Origin: the human T2T-CHM13v2.0 reference genome, Homo sapiens
DNA length: 64,000 bases
Strand: one strand, 5' to 3'
Assembly (NCBI RefSeq): GCF_009914755.1
Contig: NC_060943.1
The position numbers and the translations under genes are program-made. The notes below the pieces were generated by a model. It was not told the DNA's origin. It ran no database searches and worked only from the letters and a program-made list of their open reading frames with translations. Below are positions 1 to 16,953 of the stretch, piece by piece (position 1 is the first letter of the stretch; every line of letters starts with the position of its first letter).

Positions 1-46
1 GCATTCCACCCTGGGTGACAGAGCGAGACTCTGTCTCAAAAAATAA
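1..46 (+). mobile_element. Alu 3' end (cut by window edge)
   Basis: CCTGGGTGACAGAGCGAGACTCTGTCTC plus A tail. Confidence 0.9.
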
Positions 47-58
47 GAAAAAATAAGC

Positions 59-350
59 GGCCGGGCATGCTGGCTCACGCCTGTAATCCCAACACTTTGG
101 GAGGCCGAGGAGGGTGGATCGCAAGGTCAGGAGTTCAAGACCAGCCTGGCCAAGATGGTGAAACCCTGTCTCTACTAAAAATACAAAAATTAGCCACGTG
201 TGTTGGCAGGTGCCTGTAATCCCAGCTACTCGGGAGGCTGAGGCAGAGAATTGCTTGAACCCAGGAGGCAGAGTTTGCAGTGAGCCGAGATCTCACCATT
301 GCACTCCAGCCTGGGTGACAGAGGGAGATTCTGTCTCAAAAAAAAAAAAA
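59..350 (+). mobile_element. Alu (AluS-type)
   Basis: GGCCGGGC start, dimer, poly-A. Confidence 0.95.
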
Positions 351-501
351 GGACATAAATTTAATGTTAAGTGTGGACTCATAAAGAATCTAGACAGCCA
401 CCAAGCCATTTGTTTATTCTTGATTTCTTAAAGCTTCCATTATTAAAAGCTCTGCATTCCATTACTCATCACAGAAAATAATCTAAATTAAATATGAATT
501 A

Positions 502-505
<4 letters not shown>

Positions 506-536
<31 letters not shown>
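506..536. repeat. (GT)n microsatellite
   Basis: Direct read. Confidence 0.95.
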
Positions 537-538
<2 letters not shown>

Positions 539-862
539 TGATTATTCTAAATTACTAAACAGATTAAGGCCAATTTTTTTATGTCAAACATATAATTCTG
601 AGAAACAATCAATACTTTATGTACATTTCTGTTACCTAATAGGCTATTTAAGCATTTATACAGAAATTTTATACAGTTGTCATTTTTAATGCATGTTTTC
701 TGATAGTATAAAAGCTTTCTCATGCAAGAAGGCTGATGTTATAATAGTAGCTAAAAGAATATTAGAAAATATGTTTTTTTTTCATGGGACATTTCTGAAA
801 GGTCTCTAATGATCAAGATACTTATTTCACTAGACAAGTTGTAAAACTGTTAAATAAGGTAT

Positions 863-1769
<907 letters not shown>

Positions 1770-1773
1770 GTAT

Positions 1774-3977
1774 TACAGGTACAATAGTATTGAGCAAAGC
1801 TAACTAAATTGACTGGATTGCTTTTGTAATTGCAGATTGATGACAATCAGATTCACTTAGAGTGGAAAAAGTATGTTGGCCCTTATAAAATAGTCATTAG
1901 AAGGCCTATGTGCGTAATAGAACCTCATGTGTCTTCTGCTACTAAAGTCTAACATTACTAAATTCAACAAGGCTTTAATGCATTATGGCAAAGCACATTT
2001 TCACCAGGTGAGGAAAGCCTTTACTAGTCTACTGACTGAGGAGAGTAAAACCCTTTATAATCAAGAACCCAGAGATTGAATCTGCCTGCCACCTACACTG
2101 ACGCAAGACTTCAAGACCTTGAACATTGGATTGATAATCTCACAACTTAGAAGGGCCCCTCCAAACTCTTGAAATTGTAAACCCATAGGAGATTTTAAGG
2201 TAAAGCTAACCAGGAAAGTTTGTCCTCAAAAGCAGATGGCCGTCTCCATGTAGATAGCTTTTTTCACAAGATCAAAAATCAAGACATCTCGTTATCATGA
2301 CACTCTTAGTTCACAGTTTGTTTATGGTTCTACAAACCACAGAAATTTTAAAAAGTGGTCTCTTGTGTGCACTCATGGGGGTATACTTATATGTAGAGAA
2401 TTTTGCAGCCAACATTATGTATGAGGAAACTTATTCCTTGAAAGGTAAAAGAAGAAGGGCCAATGTAGGTGAGAAGTTTTAATGAAACATTTGTTTTCTC
2501 ACAATATCAAAAACAGAATATTGGTCCACTGCTCTTAACCTATTTCATAAGTTAAAAAGAACTTATTCAGAATAGGTTAAAGAGCATTGCCAGGAGGCCA
2601 TTACTCTTCTGAATGGGTATCACTGTTTAGAGTAAATGAGGCAATGGTTACAAATTTATCCCTCTCAATAGGGCTCTATAGCAGATTATACCATAAAAAC
2701 TATGCTTACACAATAGACTTTAAGTTTTCTCACAAAGTTATGCTAAATATAATTTCTTTTGATTACTTACTGGATAAATAGATATCTGTGCAGTTGCTAA
2801 TAGTTGCCCATGGAGAACTACAGCCGGTATTACAGAGATGCAGTTGTAGATGATTCATGAACAGGCTGATTAGATGAAATGAGTAGATCATTTATCTAGC
2901 TAACTATTTGATCTATTTAACTTTAATTGGTTGTTCATGGGGACCCTGGCTAAAAAGCATGCTTCAAACTCTTGGTATTATCCTCCTGATAGTCAAAATG
3001 GTAATCTTCCTACTGCACTGTATTCTCTCAAAAGATGTAAACGTTTGAATGTAGTCATCTGTAGAATGTCAAATGGTCTCTCTTTAACTGGAATGACAGA
3101 AACTCAAAGACATATGTGACTATGAAGACAGCACAACCTATGAATGACATGCTAAGGACAAAAAACAAAAATAATGGAAACTGAGAGTGGCACTAAAGCC
3201 CCGAGTTTTGGTTACACTGTGACCTATGTAAGAACTTAACCAAACGGGGAATTTTTTAAAGAAAACTATTGGAGGCCATAATTCTGGACTGAGCTTATGC
3301 ACTAGGTCCAAACAAACCAAACCAAAATGAGTCACTCATGCTGGATGTGACATAATTAAACTAAAAATTTAAGGCAACAGGTAGATTCTAAAACTGGCCA
3401 GGTTTTGTTTTTCTTCTCTAAATAGCAGATTTCAACACAAGGAGGTCCCCTGTACTCTAACACTTTAAAAAACAAATAAAAATAATTTCAAAATAATAAG
3501 CTGAAGTTTTTATTTCCACTTTACAAACCCACAGTTCTGCTGTTTCACAGTGAGATTCGAGTCTAAATAAGTACATTTTTGATGGTGACAAAGTGATATT
3601 AATGTCTAAAGTTTTGGTCTCAAACTTGAGAAGATGACAAAAGGGAGAAATTGTTAAATTAGTTGTAGCCTAAAGCTTCCCTCTTATGTTTAATTTTGGC
3701 TAATAGGATTTGTTTTTTGTTTTTTGTTTTTTTACATAGTAAACTTAATGTTCAAATGGGACATATCTTAAGCTGTAATAAATCTGGCTGTTTCTGTACC
3801 TCACTTCCATTTTCTGTATGTCATTTTGCTTTTCTGGTTCATAAAAATTTTACCAACATGTGGCTGTGTTGGAGTCTCTCTGAGCCTACTCTGGATCCAT
3901 AGGTTACCCGATTTGCAAATCATGATTTGCTCATTTAAACTGTTAAATTTAATTTTTCTAAAGTTTTCTTCTTTTAC
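1774..3977 (+). mobile_element. Decayed ERV1 (MER4/MER57-group) 3' internal region with env-TM remnant and 3' LTR
   Basis: 2734-2813 translates across a frameshift to KVMLNIISFDYLL...ICAVANSCPW, resembling the env immunosuppressive and cysteine motifs; purine tract then TGTTAAATTAG..GCCTAAAG (MER57-like start) at about 3652. Confidence 0.55.
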
Positions 3978-4058
3978 AAATTTTCAAATTTTTTATGATG
4001 AAAATAAATAATGTTATTGAGCTTTGATTTTCTAAAATCATCCCACAGCTATTTTCCC

Positions 4059-4116
4059 AAATAATAATAATATAATAATAAATAATAATACAATAATTTC
4101 CCAAATAATAATAAAA
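4059..4116. repeat. (AAT)n low-complexity tract
   Basis: Direct read. Confidence 0.85.
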
Positions 4117-4487
4117 ATAGTGAAAAGGCAGCTGATGATACATGTCTGAAGGACCTCAGTTGAGCCCAGCCTAAATGGCTGACCATCTCAATTACGAGCA
4201 AATAAGTTTTGGATGGTTTGTTATGCTGCAATAGCTAACTAATACATGCACCCTGTGCAGATGGAATGCCAGGATTTAATGACAGGTTGATTACTAGTTA
4301 CCTTCTGACAGTGGACACCCTAAAGATACTGACTTTTCTTTTCTTTTTTTCCCGATTTGAAGTTGGATGTCTCCTAAGACAATGTTGAGTAATGCAGAAA
4401 TACAGGTAGACATGTATGTGTGTGATTGGTGCTTATACTCACACAGTACCCCACACCACAGGAAAAAAACAGATAACCACAGCCTGA

Positions 4488-4860
<373 letters not shown>

Positions 4861-5321
4861 TTCTTCATATCTTAAAGTTAGAGGTTAAGACTGTGGACAG
4901 ACCCAAAGACATAGAGTTTTCTTCTCCTGTCTCCTGTGGCCCCAGAATTTTTTGTTCACTGTCTGATCTCTGGATGAAAGGTGGACAACAGGTGGCAAAG
5001 AGTGGTCTACCTGTGGTTATTTTATTTGTGCTGCCCTCTGCCCTTGCTATGGCCACTATCTATCGCACCCTCAGAACCGAAGATAGATGTTAGTAGAGAG
5101 AGGCTGTCTCCTCACCTCTGGCAGAAAAGGGATGTTCAGGGCCTCCACCCACCTGACATCAGAGCTGCACTTCAACGTGGTGGCTGTTGGCCATGTGTGG
5201 CTCCTGGGTGCCTGGAATGTGCCTGGTCTGAACTGCAATTTGCTAGAAAAGTAAAATACAGAGTTGGTTTCGAAGATTTAGTTCCAAAAATATATATAGT
5301 GCCTTAATAATTACATATTGC

Positions 5322-5684
5322 TGTGACCCCAGAAAATCTGAGACATCAGTTAATTTAGAAAGTTTATTTTGCCAAGGTTGAGAACACGCCTATGACATAG
5401 TTTCAGGAAGTCTTGAGGACACCTGCCCAAGGTGGTCAGGGAACATATTGGTTTTATACATTTTAGGGAGACATGAGACATCAATCAATATATGTAAGAA
5501 GTACATTGGTTCAGTCTGAAAAGGTGGGACAACTTGAAGCAAAGGCAGGAAGACACGAAGCTGGAGGGAGCTTCCAGGTCACAGATAGGTGGACTCAAAT
5601 TCTTTTGAGTTTCTGATTGGCCTTTAGTTCCCAGCTTGAGTTTTCCTTAGTAATTTTGGGGGCCCAAGATATTTTCCTTTCACA
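5322..5684 (-). mobile_element. MER4A-like solo LTR
   Basis: TG...CA termini, TSD TTGC at 5318-5321 and 5685-5688, MER4-like core. Confidence 0.8.
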
Positions 5685-5999
5685 TTGCTCACATATTAAA
5701 ATTATAATACTTTAAACATATTGGGTTAGTTACATTATTACAATCAATTCCACGTGTTTCATGTTTCTTTTTAAAGTTTGGCTACTGGAAAATTAAAAAT
5801 TCACATGTGGCTCACATTTTATTTCAGAGGACTGCCTCCTTTTTAAAATCTCAGGCTGCCTGCTCAAAGGACCAGAAGCTAGGAAGGTGATAAAAGCTAA
5901 AATTTAAAAGTAATTGTTATTATATTCTTTTCATTTGTGACTAGCCATATAGTATATTTATAAATGCATATGACCTTACACACAAGGTTCAATGCAAAC

Positions 6000-6700
6000 A
6001 CCCTCTAGGGTGGGCCTGGCTCAGCTCGGAGGAAAGCCTGCCTGAAAAGGCTGCAGCTAGGCTGTCACGCTTCATTCTGCCCAGCAACTGATCACCCTCT
6101 GTCACTCAGGGCCTGAGAGGGCGGGTCTTAAACATTATCCAATCAGGCACGCAGCTGGAGCGACAGGACGGTTTCCGGAATATGGCGGGGCGTTTGGCTC
6201 TTGCTGCAGCCAGAGCTCCAGGTCTCGTCTTCATTTCTGTGTCCTTTGTTCTTAGAGGCCCAGCCTGTGTGGCCCTGTGACCCGCAGATATTGGGAGATA
6301 CACAGCTAAGACTCCAGGACCCCCTGGAAGCCTAGAAATGGTGAGAGTGCCGAGTCTGACATCCCCAGAGAGGGGGAGGGGCTGGTCGGAACCGTGAGAA
6401 GTGGCCGTGGCGGACTTAGGTCTCCCGGCAGTCAGCTCCACAATCTGCGCCCGGAATTCTCCTTGCCCAGCTCGGCTTCAGTCCCCTTCAGCCATAAGAT
6501 GGCGACTGTGCTGACAGCCGGGCCCCGGGCGTCCTGTCTTCCCTCCGCAGTGACTGTGCCTGACGTGTAGCCCTGTCTGGGGAGCTCTGCACGCGCAATT
6601 CCGCAGTCTCTCCCAGATTGTGCAAGAACCATGGGAGGGGCGTCAGGTGAGAATAGTGACTCGGGATGCGGGTTCATGAGCGGGAAGAGCTTTGGTCCGT
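6000..6700 (+). promoter_or_regulatory. ZNF429: CpG-rich promoter / exon 1 region of the KRAB-ZNF gene
   Basis: GC box GAGGGCGGG 6117-6125, CCAAT 6139-6143, ETS palindrome TTCCGGAA 6173-6180 abutting YY1-like ATATGGCGG, second YY1-like AAGATGGCG 6496-6504; local CpG enrichment. Confidence 0.8.
6338..6340 (+). CDS. ZNF429: ZNF429 coding exon 1 (ATG only)
   Basis: GGAAGCCTAGAAATG|GTGAG, the typical ZNF91-family first-exon end; phase 0 matches exon 2. Confidence 0.9.
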
Positions 6701-6745
6701 GGGGTTCCCAGTTCCCATTCTCTCCTATTAAAAATCTATGGGAGT

Positions 6746-7027
6746 GGCCGGGCGCGGTGGCTTATGCCTGTAATCCCAGCAGTTTGCTGGGAGGCGGGCA
6801 GATCACTGAGGTCCGGCATTCGAGAACAGCCTGGCCAACATGGTGAAACCCCCTCTCTGCTAAAAATACAAAAATTAGCCGGATGTGGTGGCAGGCATCT
6901 GTAATCCCAGCTATGTGGGAGGCTGAGGCACGAGAATCGCTTAAACCCAGGAGACCAAGATTGTGCCATTGCACTCCAGGCTGGTTGACACAATGAGACT
7001 ATCTCAAACAAAAAAAAAAAAAAAAAA
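6746..7027 (+). mobile_element. Alu
   Basis: Dimer plus poly-A. Confidence 0.9.
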
Positions 7028-7327
7028 AGGGGAGTCACTGCAAAATATTAAAGAATTTAATTAAAGAGTGGTTCTAAAATTGTAAAGCACCCAGCTGTGG
7101 GATGTAGTTTGTGGTCCTTTGGAGGAGCTTGAAGGAAAGACTTTGCGCATGGTACAAAAACGCAAATTCAGTTATTGGTTAGGTAGGGTTACGTAGTTTC
7201 TTAATTTCCATCTTCAGCTTACAAAATTTCCTGGTTATGTAATCAGAGCTTAATTCCAGTTAATAGTTAACCCTGTATTTGTTTTCCCCAGTGTAGTAAT
7301 TTACAAAAAAAAAAGCATTTGAGTTAG

Positions 7328-7638
<311 letters not shown>

Positions 7639-8503
7639 TTAGATCTTTTAAAAGTAGGAATTCAGGGACTACAGCCACCTCAGTCGAATTGCCTACCACT
7701 TAACTATTTTCACTCCCTACACAAAACTGATCTTCCCCTGCATTTTTCACAGGTGTCCTAAGCAGGGTCTCAAATCTACTCCCACGCCCCCCATTCCTCC
7801 AGCCTAACTCTGGCTTGCAGTAAAATACAAAATTTCCATTTCCTCCTGACAATCCCAAATGCCAACTCCCACTACTCCCTAATTCACACTATTAACTATT
7901 TGTCCTTTAGTGTACATTTTTGATACTGTATTTTAATTAAACATTTTTTGACAAAGCATTGGATGGCACATTTAAAAAGATTTGTTTTCTGTTTATAAAT
8001 ATTTTCCATAAGAAGAAAGCAAGGAATAATCTTCTGACACTGTATTGTAAAAAAATCTTTGTCTCTTTTCCTTTTATCTTCCCTAGGCATAGAGATTTTA
8101 TGAGAATGTTTTGGCATCAAGGTTTTTCTTGGAATTTTTGTGGGGTGATGTGTCCTCAGCCACCCTTTAGTTTTTTTCCTGGTCCTGGGTTCCAGTACTG
8201 TCTGTGAATAAACCAAGATATCAGTCATGGCTATGTCTGCAAGACTGTCTAATGAATATTAATTCCTGGGTCATTTTCTCCCATAGGACAACCTGTGGTA
8301 TGGAGTGTAGCCTCTGAAGGGAGCAGGTGTATTCCCTGGGGCTGAGAGGAATCTCCTGGTGTACTTTTCGTTTGAAAAGCTAACCCCTTCAGATGTTAAG
8401 ACTGTGTTCACCCAGCCCGACTTTCCTTTCTTTGGGCCACATTGCTGGTCACCCAATCAAATGCTGGTATTGAGTTGAAAACAAATAATTTCTGACCCCT
8501 TGA

Positions 8504-8833
<330 letters not shown>

Positions 8834-9570
8834 TCAAAAGACAAAAGAAACCCTGACCCCGGTGAGATGAGGCGAGAAATTGCAAAGTAAAATGCACTTG
8901 GGACACTTACTGGAACATAGAGCAGTCTCCTGAGAGGGTGGTTATTGAGTACTTAAGTGACTTAAGTGAGCGGGATGGGTAGGAGAATCTCTCAAGTGAT
9001 TGAACTTGACACATGAGTCGGACACATCTGTTTTCTTATCAGCACTGCCACTCCCTGGGTTTGTCACTTTGAAAAGATTTGTTCACTTATATTGACTTCA
9101 GTTTTTTAACTCTAAATTGCAATTTTTTAGTAGAGCTTGAAAGGTAAGAAAATATTTACAAAGCGCATAAAAGAGGTGGGCTTCAGAAAAATCTATCTTT
9201 TTTTTTTGTTAAAAATTCTCATGTACCTTTTTCTTTCTTAGAGTGAGTTTAGAAATTTTCTCAGGCTTTTTTTTTTTTATGGCTGGGTGATTTCAAACAG
9301 AATTCCAAGGCTTAGATTTTGGAATGCTACCAAGGAAAAGAATAGGGAAAAATCTCTTCCATTTTGGCTGTAGAAAATGAATGCATTTCCAGAAGAAAAT
9401 GTTGTAGATAATAGGTGAGTTACATGAATTCATGAAAACATCAGTTGTTTTTGCAGGATAAATTTCTGACAGTGAATATCTCTGTTCTATATCCTGTTAT
9501 CTTTATTTCAGAGTTTAATGCTGTATTTTTTAGATGAAACTTGGTGCCTCCTAGAAGTGTTCCCATATGA

Positions 9571-9865
<295 letters not shown>

Positions 9866-10430
9866 TACTACATGATTTTTTAATGGAAATAATAAAATAA
9901 TACATTTATAAAGGAATAGATACTTTTGCTTTTCTTATTGAGGTATGAAATGTAAGCATTGTAAAATTGCCTTGTTTTATATGAACATTGAGTAATTTTG
10001 CTGGATTTTTCGAACACTTAGTTTCAAAGACCAAGTGAATAACTCTGACACGGAAATTAAAACTTGAGCCCAGTGACTCCAAGCTAAGGCTAATATTGAG
10101 CCTGCAAAAGAAGGTTATTTAAGATCCAGTTAGTTCTTTCTGGGGAGCCTCCCCTGCAGGTGTCCCTGCCTGCTCACCCCAGCCATGGAAGGAGGCTTTA
10201 TCCTGAGAGAAGCTACAGAGCCCTGGAAAGCTGGGAACCCACAGGCAGATACAGTTACAGTTAAGGTGGAAGGGAACTGGGAGGATCTTACTGAAGATAA
10301 AGTTGTCCTTGTTTTGAGACAGTTTTTAGACTTTGTAAAGTAGAACAAAGTTAGATTTGTATAAAAAAAAGAAAATTGAATTACCAAGGAGTATTGCAAC
10401 AGGAGGAAATACCAACCATAAGAGCTTTAA

Positions 10431-10734
<304 letters not shown>

Positions 10735-11141
10735 TAGGGGTGAGCAAACAAGATTAGAAAAAAGATGGGAGGGGAACGGCAAATGGACGGTAAAAACATC
10801 AGATTCTAGATCAGAGAATGTTTTATCCTGAGGTCAGCATGTTCTTAGAAGGGAAGTAGAATGGGGTTGTATGTTGGCTCAGACGGAGGGCAGCCCAAAG
10901 TCCAGGAACCTCTGGGAAGGAGATAAATTTCAGCGAGGTCTGATATGGAAGTACAGGAAAGTGGTCCCAATCCAGGCTCCAAGATAGGGTTCTTTGATCA
11001 CACGCAAGAAAGAATTTAGAGTGAGTTCATAGAGTAAAGTGGAAGCATGTTTATTAAGAAAATAGAGGAATAAAACAATGGCTACTTCACAGACATAGCA
11101 TCCCAGAGGGCTGCTGGTTGACCACTTTATGGTAATTTCTT

Positions 11142-12676
11142 TTTTTTAATTTTTTAATTTTTTTTTATTGATCATTCTTGGGTGTTTCTCACAGAGGGGG
11201 ATTTGGCAGGGTCATAGGACAATAGTGGAGGGAAGGTCAGCAGATAAACAAGTGAACAAAGGTCTCTGGTTTTCCTAGGCAGAGGACCCTGTGGCCTTCC
11301 GCAGTGTTTGTGTCCCTGGGTACTTGAGATTAGGGAGTGGTGATGACTCTTAACGAGCATGCTGCCTTCAAGCATCTGTTTAACAAAGCACATCTTGCAC
11401 CGCCCTTAATCCATTTTACCCTGAGTGGACACAGCATATGTTTCAGAGAGCACAGGGTTGGGGGTAAGGTCATAGATCAACAGGATCCCAAGGCAGAAGA
11501 ATTTTTCTTAGTACAGAACAAAATGAAAAGTCTCCCATGTCTACTTCTTTCTACACAGACACAGCAACCATCCGATTTCTCAATCTTTTCCCCACCTTTC
11601 CCCCTTTTCTATTCCACAAAACCGCCATTGTCATCATGACCCGTTCTCAATGAGCTGTTGGGTACACCTCCCAGACGGGGTGGTGGCCGGGCAGAGGGGC
11701 TCCTCACTTCCCAGAAGGGGCGGCCAGGCAGAGGAGTCCCCCACCTCCCGGATGGGGCGGCTGGCCGGGCGGGGGCTGACCCCCCACCTCCCTCCCGGAC
11801 GGGGCGGCTGGCCCGGTGGGGGGCTGACCCCCACCTCCCTCCCAGATGGGGTGGCTGCCGGGCGGAGACGCTCCTCACTGCCCAGATGGGACGGCTGCCA
11901 GGCGGAGGGTCTCCTCACTTCTCAGACTGGGCGGCCGGGCAGAGACGCTCCTCACCTCCCAGACAGGGTCACGGCCGGGCAGAGGCGCTCCTCACATCCC
12001 AGACGGGGCAGTGGGGCAGAGGCGCTCCCCACATCTCAGACGATGGGTGGCCAGGCAGAGATGCTCCTCACTTCCTAGATGGGATGGCAGCCGGGAAGAG
12101 GCGCTCCTCACTTCCTAGATGGGATGGCGGCTGGACAGAGACGCTCCTCACTTTCCAGACTGGGCAGCCAGGCAGAGGGGCTCCTCACATCCCAGATGAT
12201 GGGCGGCCAGGCAGAGACGCTCCTCACTTCCCAGACGGGGTGGCGGCCGGGCAGAGGCTGCAATCTCGGCACTTTGGGAGGCCAAGGCAGGCGGCTGGAA
12301 GGTGGAGGTTGTAGCGAGCCGAGATCACGCCACTGCACTCCAGCCTGGGCACCATTGAACACTGAGTGAATGAGACTCCTTCTGCAATCCCGGCACCTTG
12401 GGAGGCTGAGGCTGGCGGATCACTCACGGTTAGGAGCTGGAGACCAGCCCGGCCAACACAGCGAAACCCCGTCTCCACCAAAAAAATACGAAAACCAGTC
12501 AGGCGTGGCGGTGCGCGCCTGGAATCGCAGGCACTCGGCAGGCTGAGGCAGGAGAATCAGGCAGGGAGGTTGCAGTGAGCTGAGATGGCAGCAGTACAGT
12601 CCAGCTTCGGCTCAGCATCAGAGGGAGACCATGGAAAGAGGGAGAGGGAGACCGTGGGGAGAGGGAGAGGGAGAGC
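11142..12676 (-). mobile_element. SVA, essentially full length (hexamer, Alu-like, VNTR, SINE-R, poly-A)
   Basis: (GGGAGA)n at about 12637-12675, GC-rich VNTR about 11665-12250, SINE-R and poly-T at left; TSD GGTAATTTCTT at 11131-11141 and 12677-12687. Confidence 0.97.
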
Positions 12677-12956
12677 GGTAATTTCTTGATTATATGCTAA
12701 ACAAGGGGTGAATTATTCATGCCTCCCCTTTTTAGACCATACAGAGTAACTTCCTGATATTGCATTGGCATTTGTAAACTGTTATGGCACTGATGGGAGT
12801 GTGGCAGTGAGGACAATCAGAGGTTACTCTCAGGGCCATCTTGGTTTTGGTGGGTTTTAGCTGGCTCCTTTACTGCCGTCTGTTTTATCAGCAAGGTCTT
12901 TATGACCTGTATCTTGTGCCAACCTCTTATTATGCGACTTAGAATGCCTTAACTGT

Positions 12957-13737
<781 letters not shown>

Positions 13738-15164
13738 CTTAGTCTTAATGGTAATGGGGTTTCTTTCCATAAACTGTTTCTGGCACACAAAGGATAGAGA
13801 ATTTTATTAATCACAGCTGTTTTCTCGGATTATCCACGTGCTTTTTATTTTCCCACCTCTTTTCTTTGTCCTATACATTTCTTCCATTTGACTTCTCCTG
13901 GATTTTATCTTTTATAATAAACCAGTAAACATAACTACAGTGTTTGCTGAGTTCTCTGAGTAGCTCTGTCCAATTATTAAACTTCATAGAGGTTATGAAA
14001 GTCCTGAATTTTTAAACAGCTCAGAAGCATAGATGGGCCCATGGGGTTTGTGACTGGCATTTCCAGTAAGGACAATGTTGTGGGACCAAGCCCTGAATCT
14101 GGGTCTCTGCTGACTCTGGGTGGTGTCCAAATTCAAATGTTAGACATTGAGTTGCTGTTGGAGAATTGCTTGGTGTTAAGCAAACTCTACAGATTTGGTG
14201 CCAGAAGAAAGATATCACAGAGGCCTGTCCTGGAATAAAACTCTTGGTATCTGGAAATGGGAGGCTCTGCTCTCCTGTACACAGGCTTTCACACTGCCCA
14301 TTGTCCTGTGATTCCAGGTGTCCTCTTAGGGTAAGAGAGGATGAAAACTTAGAGGGAACGATCTCTGATGACAGACTCCCTTTTCCTGCAGCTGCCACCA
14401 CGTGATTCCCACCCACTCACATACACACCCACTAGACATTGACATGTCCACATCCCTCCCAGAATGAAGCACCACCCTCAGGAACTTCACCACAGCATTT
14501 TTGATCCCAGTGTTCCTTCCCAGAAATGCACAAAAGTGTCTACAAGTCTCCTGGAATATTCCTACTCCCAGACACAATCTGCAACAGCAACCTGTTTTTC
14601 TCCACCAACTTAGGGTTCTGGGCCACCTGTTTGTAATCTCATCTGCCTCCATGGACCTAGAAATAAATCAGTACAGCCCCACCTGGACCATTATCTGTAG
14701 CACAAACCAGTCTTTTCACCTACATAGTACTCTCCCCCAACTAATGAAGTTTTTTCCTTTTAACTTTTATTTTTGGTCTAGGGGTACACATGCAGGTTTA
14801 TCATATAGATAAAATTGTGTCATGGAAGTTTAGTGTAGATTATTTTGTCACTGAGGTACTAAGCATAGCATCAAACAGGTATTTCTTATTCTCTTTGTCC
14901 TCCTACCCTCCACCCTCAACTAGGCCTCAGTGCTTGTTGTTCCTCTCTTTGTGTCCATATGTGCTTGTTATTTAGCTCTTATAAATGAGAACATGCATTT
15001 GGTTTCTTTTTTCTGCATTAGTTTTCTGAGGATAATGGGCTTCACCTCCATTCATGTTGCTGCAAAGGACATGATCTTGTTCTTTTTTTTTTAAATAACC
15101 ACACAGCATTCCGTGATGTTTATATACCATGTATATTTTATACACACACACACACATATATATA

Positions 15165-15465
15165 TTTTTTTATTTTATTTTTGAGATAGAGTCTAGGTCT
15201 GTTACCCAGGCTGGAGTGCAGTTTTACAATCTGGGCTCACTGCAACCTCCACCTCCCAGATTCAAGTGATTTCTCCTGCCTCAGCCTCCCAAGTAGCTGG
15301 GATCACAGGCACGCACCACCACACCCAGCTAATTTTTGTATTTTTAGTAGAGACGGGGTTTTGCCATGTTGGCCAGGCTTGTCTCGAACTCCTGACCTCA
15401 AGTGATCTGCCCACCTCAGCCTCCCAAAGTGCTGGGATTACAGGCATGAGCCACTGTGCCTGGCC
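15165..15465 (-). mobile_element. Alu
   Basis: Antisense Alu. Confidence 0.9.
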
Positions 15466-15490
15466 ACCATATATATTTTTATTTTTTTAA

Positions 15491-15807
<317 letters not shown>

Positions 15808-16604
15808 TTTTTTTTTTTTTTTTTTTACTTTTTTATAGTAGCCATTCTGACTGGTGTGAGATGGTATCTCATTGTGATTTTTCTTTGCATTTCTCTACTG
15901 ATTAGTGATAAGAAAGAAATACTCATCAAATGCTTGTTAGCCACATGTATATCTTCTTTAGAATGGCATCTATTCATGTTTTTTGCCTACTTTTTAATAA
16001 GGTTGTTTTTTCTTGTAAATTTGTTTAAGTTCCTTTTGAATTCTGGATATTAGACCTTTGTCAGAAGCATAGTTTGCAAATATTTTCTTCTATTCTGTAG
16101 ATTGTCTGTTTACTCTGATTTTTTTTTGTGTGTGGTGTTTTTTGTTTTTTGTTTTTTTGCTGTGAAAAAGCTCTTTAATTAGGTTGCATTCATCAAATTT
16201 TGCTTTTGTTGCAATTGCTTTTGGTATCTTCATCATAAAACTTTGCCAGTTCCTATGTCTAGAATGGTATTTCCTAGGTCATCTTCCAGTATTTTTTAAG
16301 TCTTTACTTAATCTTGAGTATATTTTTGTATATAGTATAAGAAAGGGGTGCTGTTTCAGTCTTCTACATAATGTTAGCTAGTTATTCTAGCACTATTTAT
16401 TAAACAGAAAATTCTTCTTACGTTCCTCTTGTCAGCTTTGTCAAATATCAGATGGTCGTAGGTGTGCAGCATTATTTCTGGGCTCTCTATTCTGTTGCAT
16501 TGGTCTATGAGTCTGCTTTTGTACCAGTACCATGCTGCTTTGGTTTCTATCACCCTGCAATATAGTTTGAAGTGGGGTAAAGTGATACAGTGCCTCCAGC
16601 TTTG

Positions 16605-16953
<349 letters not shown>

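Noticed and set aside
2587-3119. Possible domesticated env gene
   Set aside because: Only short broken TM-like motifs; no long ORF.
6106-6677. Minus-strand ORFs across the promoter
   Set aside because: Expected in GC-rich DNA; no homology or splice support.
11665-12250. Repeat-spacer-like periodicity suggesting a CRISPR array
   Set aside because: SVA VNTR with non-unique spacers in a primate genome; no cas genes.
11172-12578. Many overlapping ORFs up to 218 aa (and up to 254 aa at 51224-52579)
   Set aside because: Stop-poor GC-rich SVA VNTR and SINE-R; not genes.
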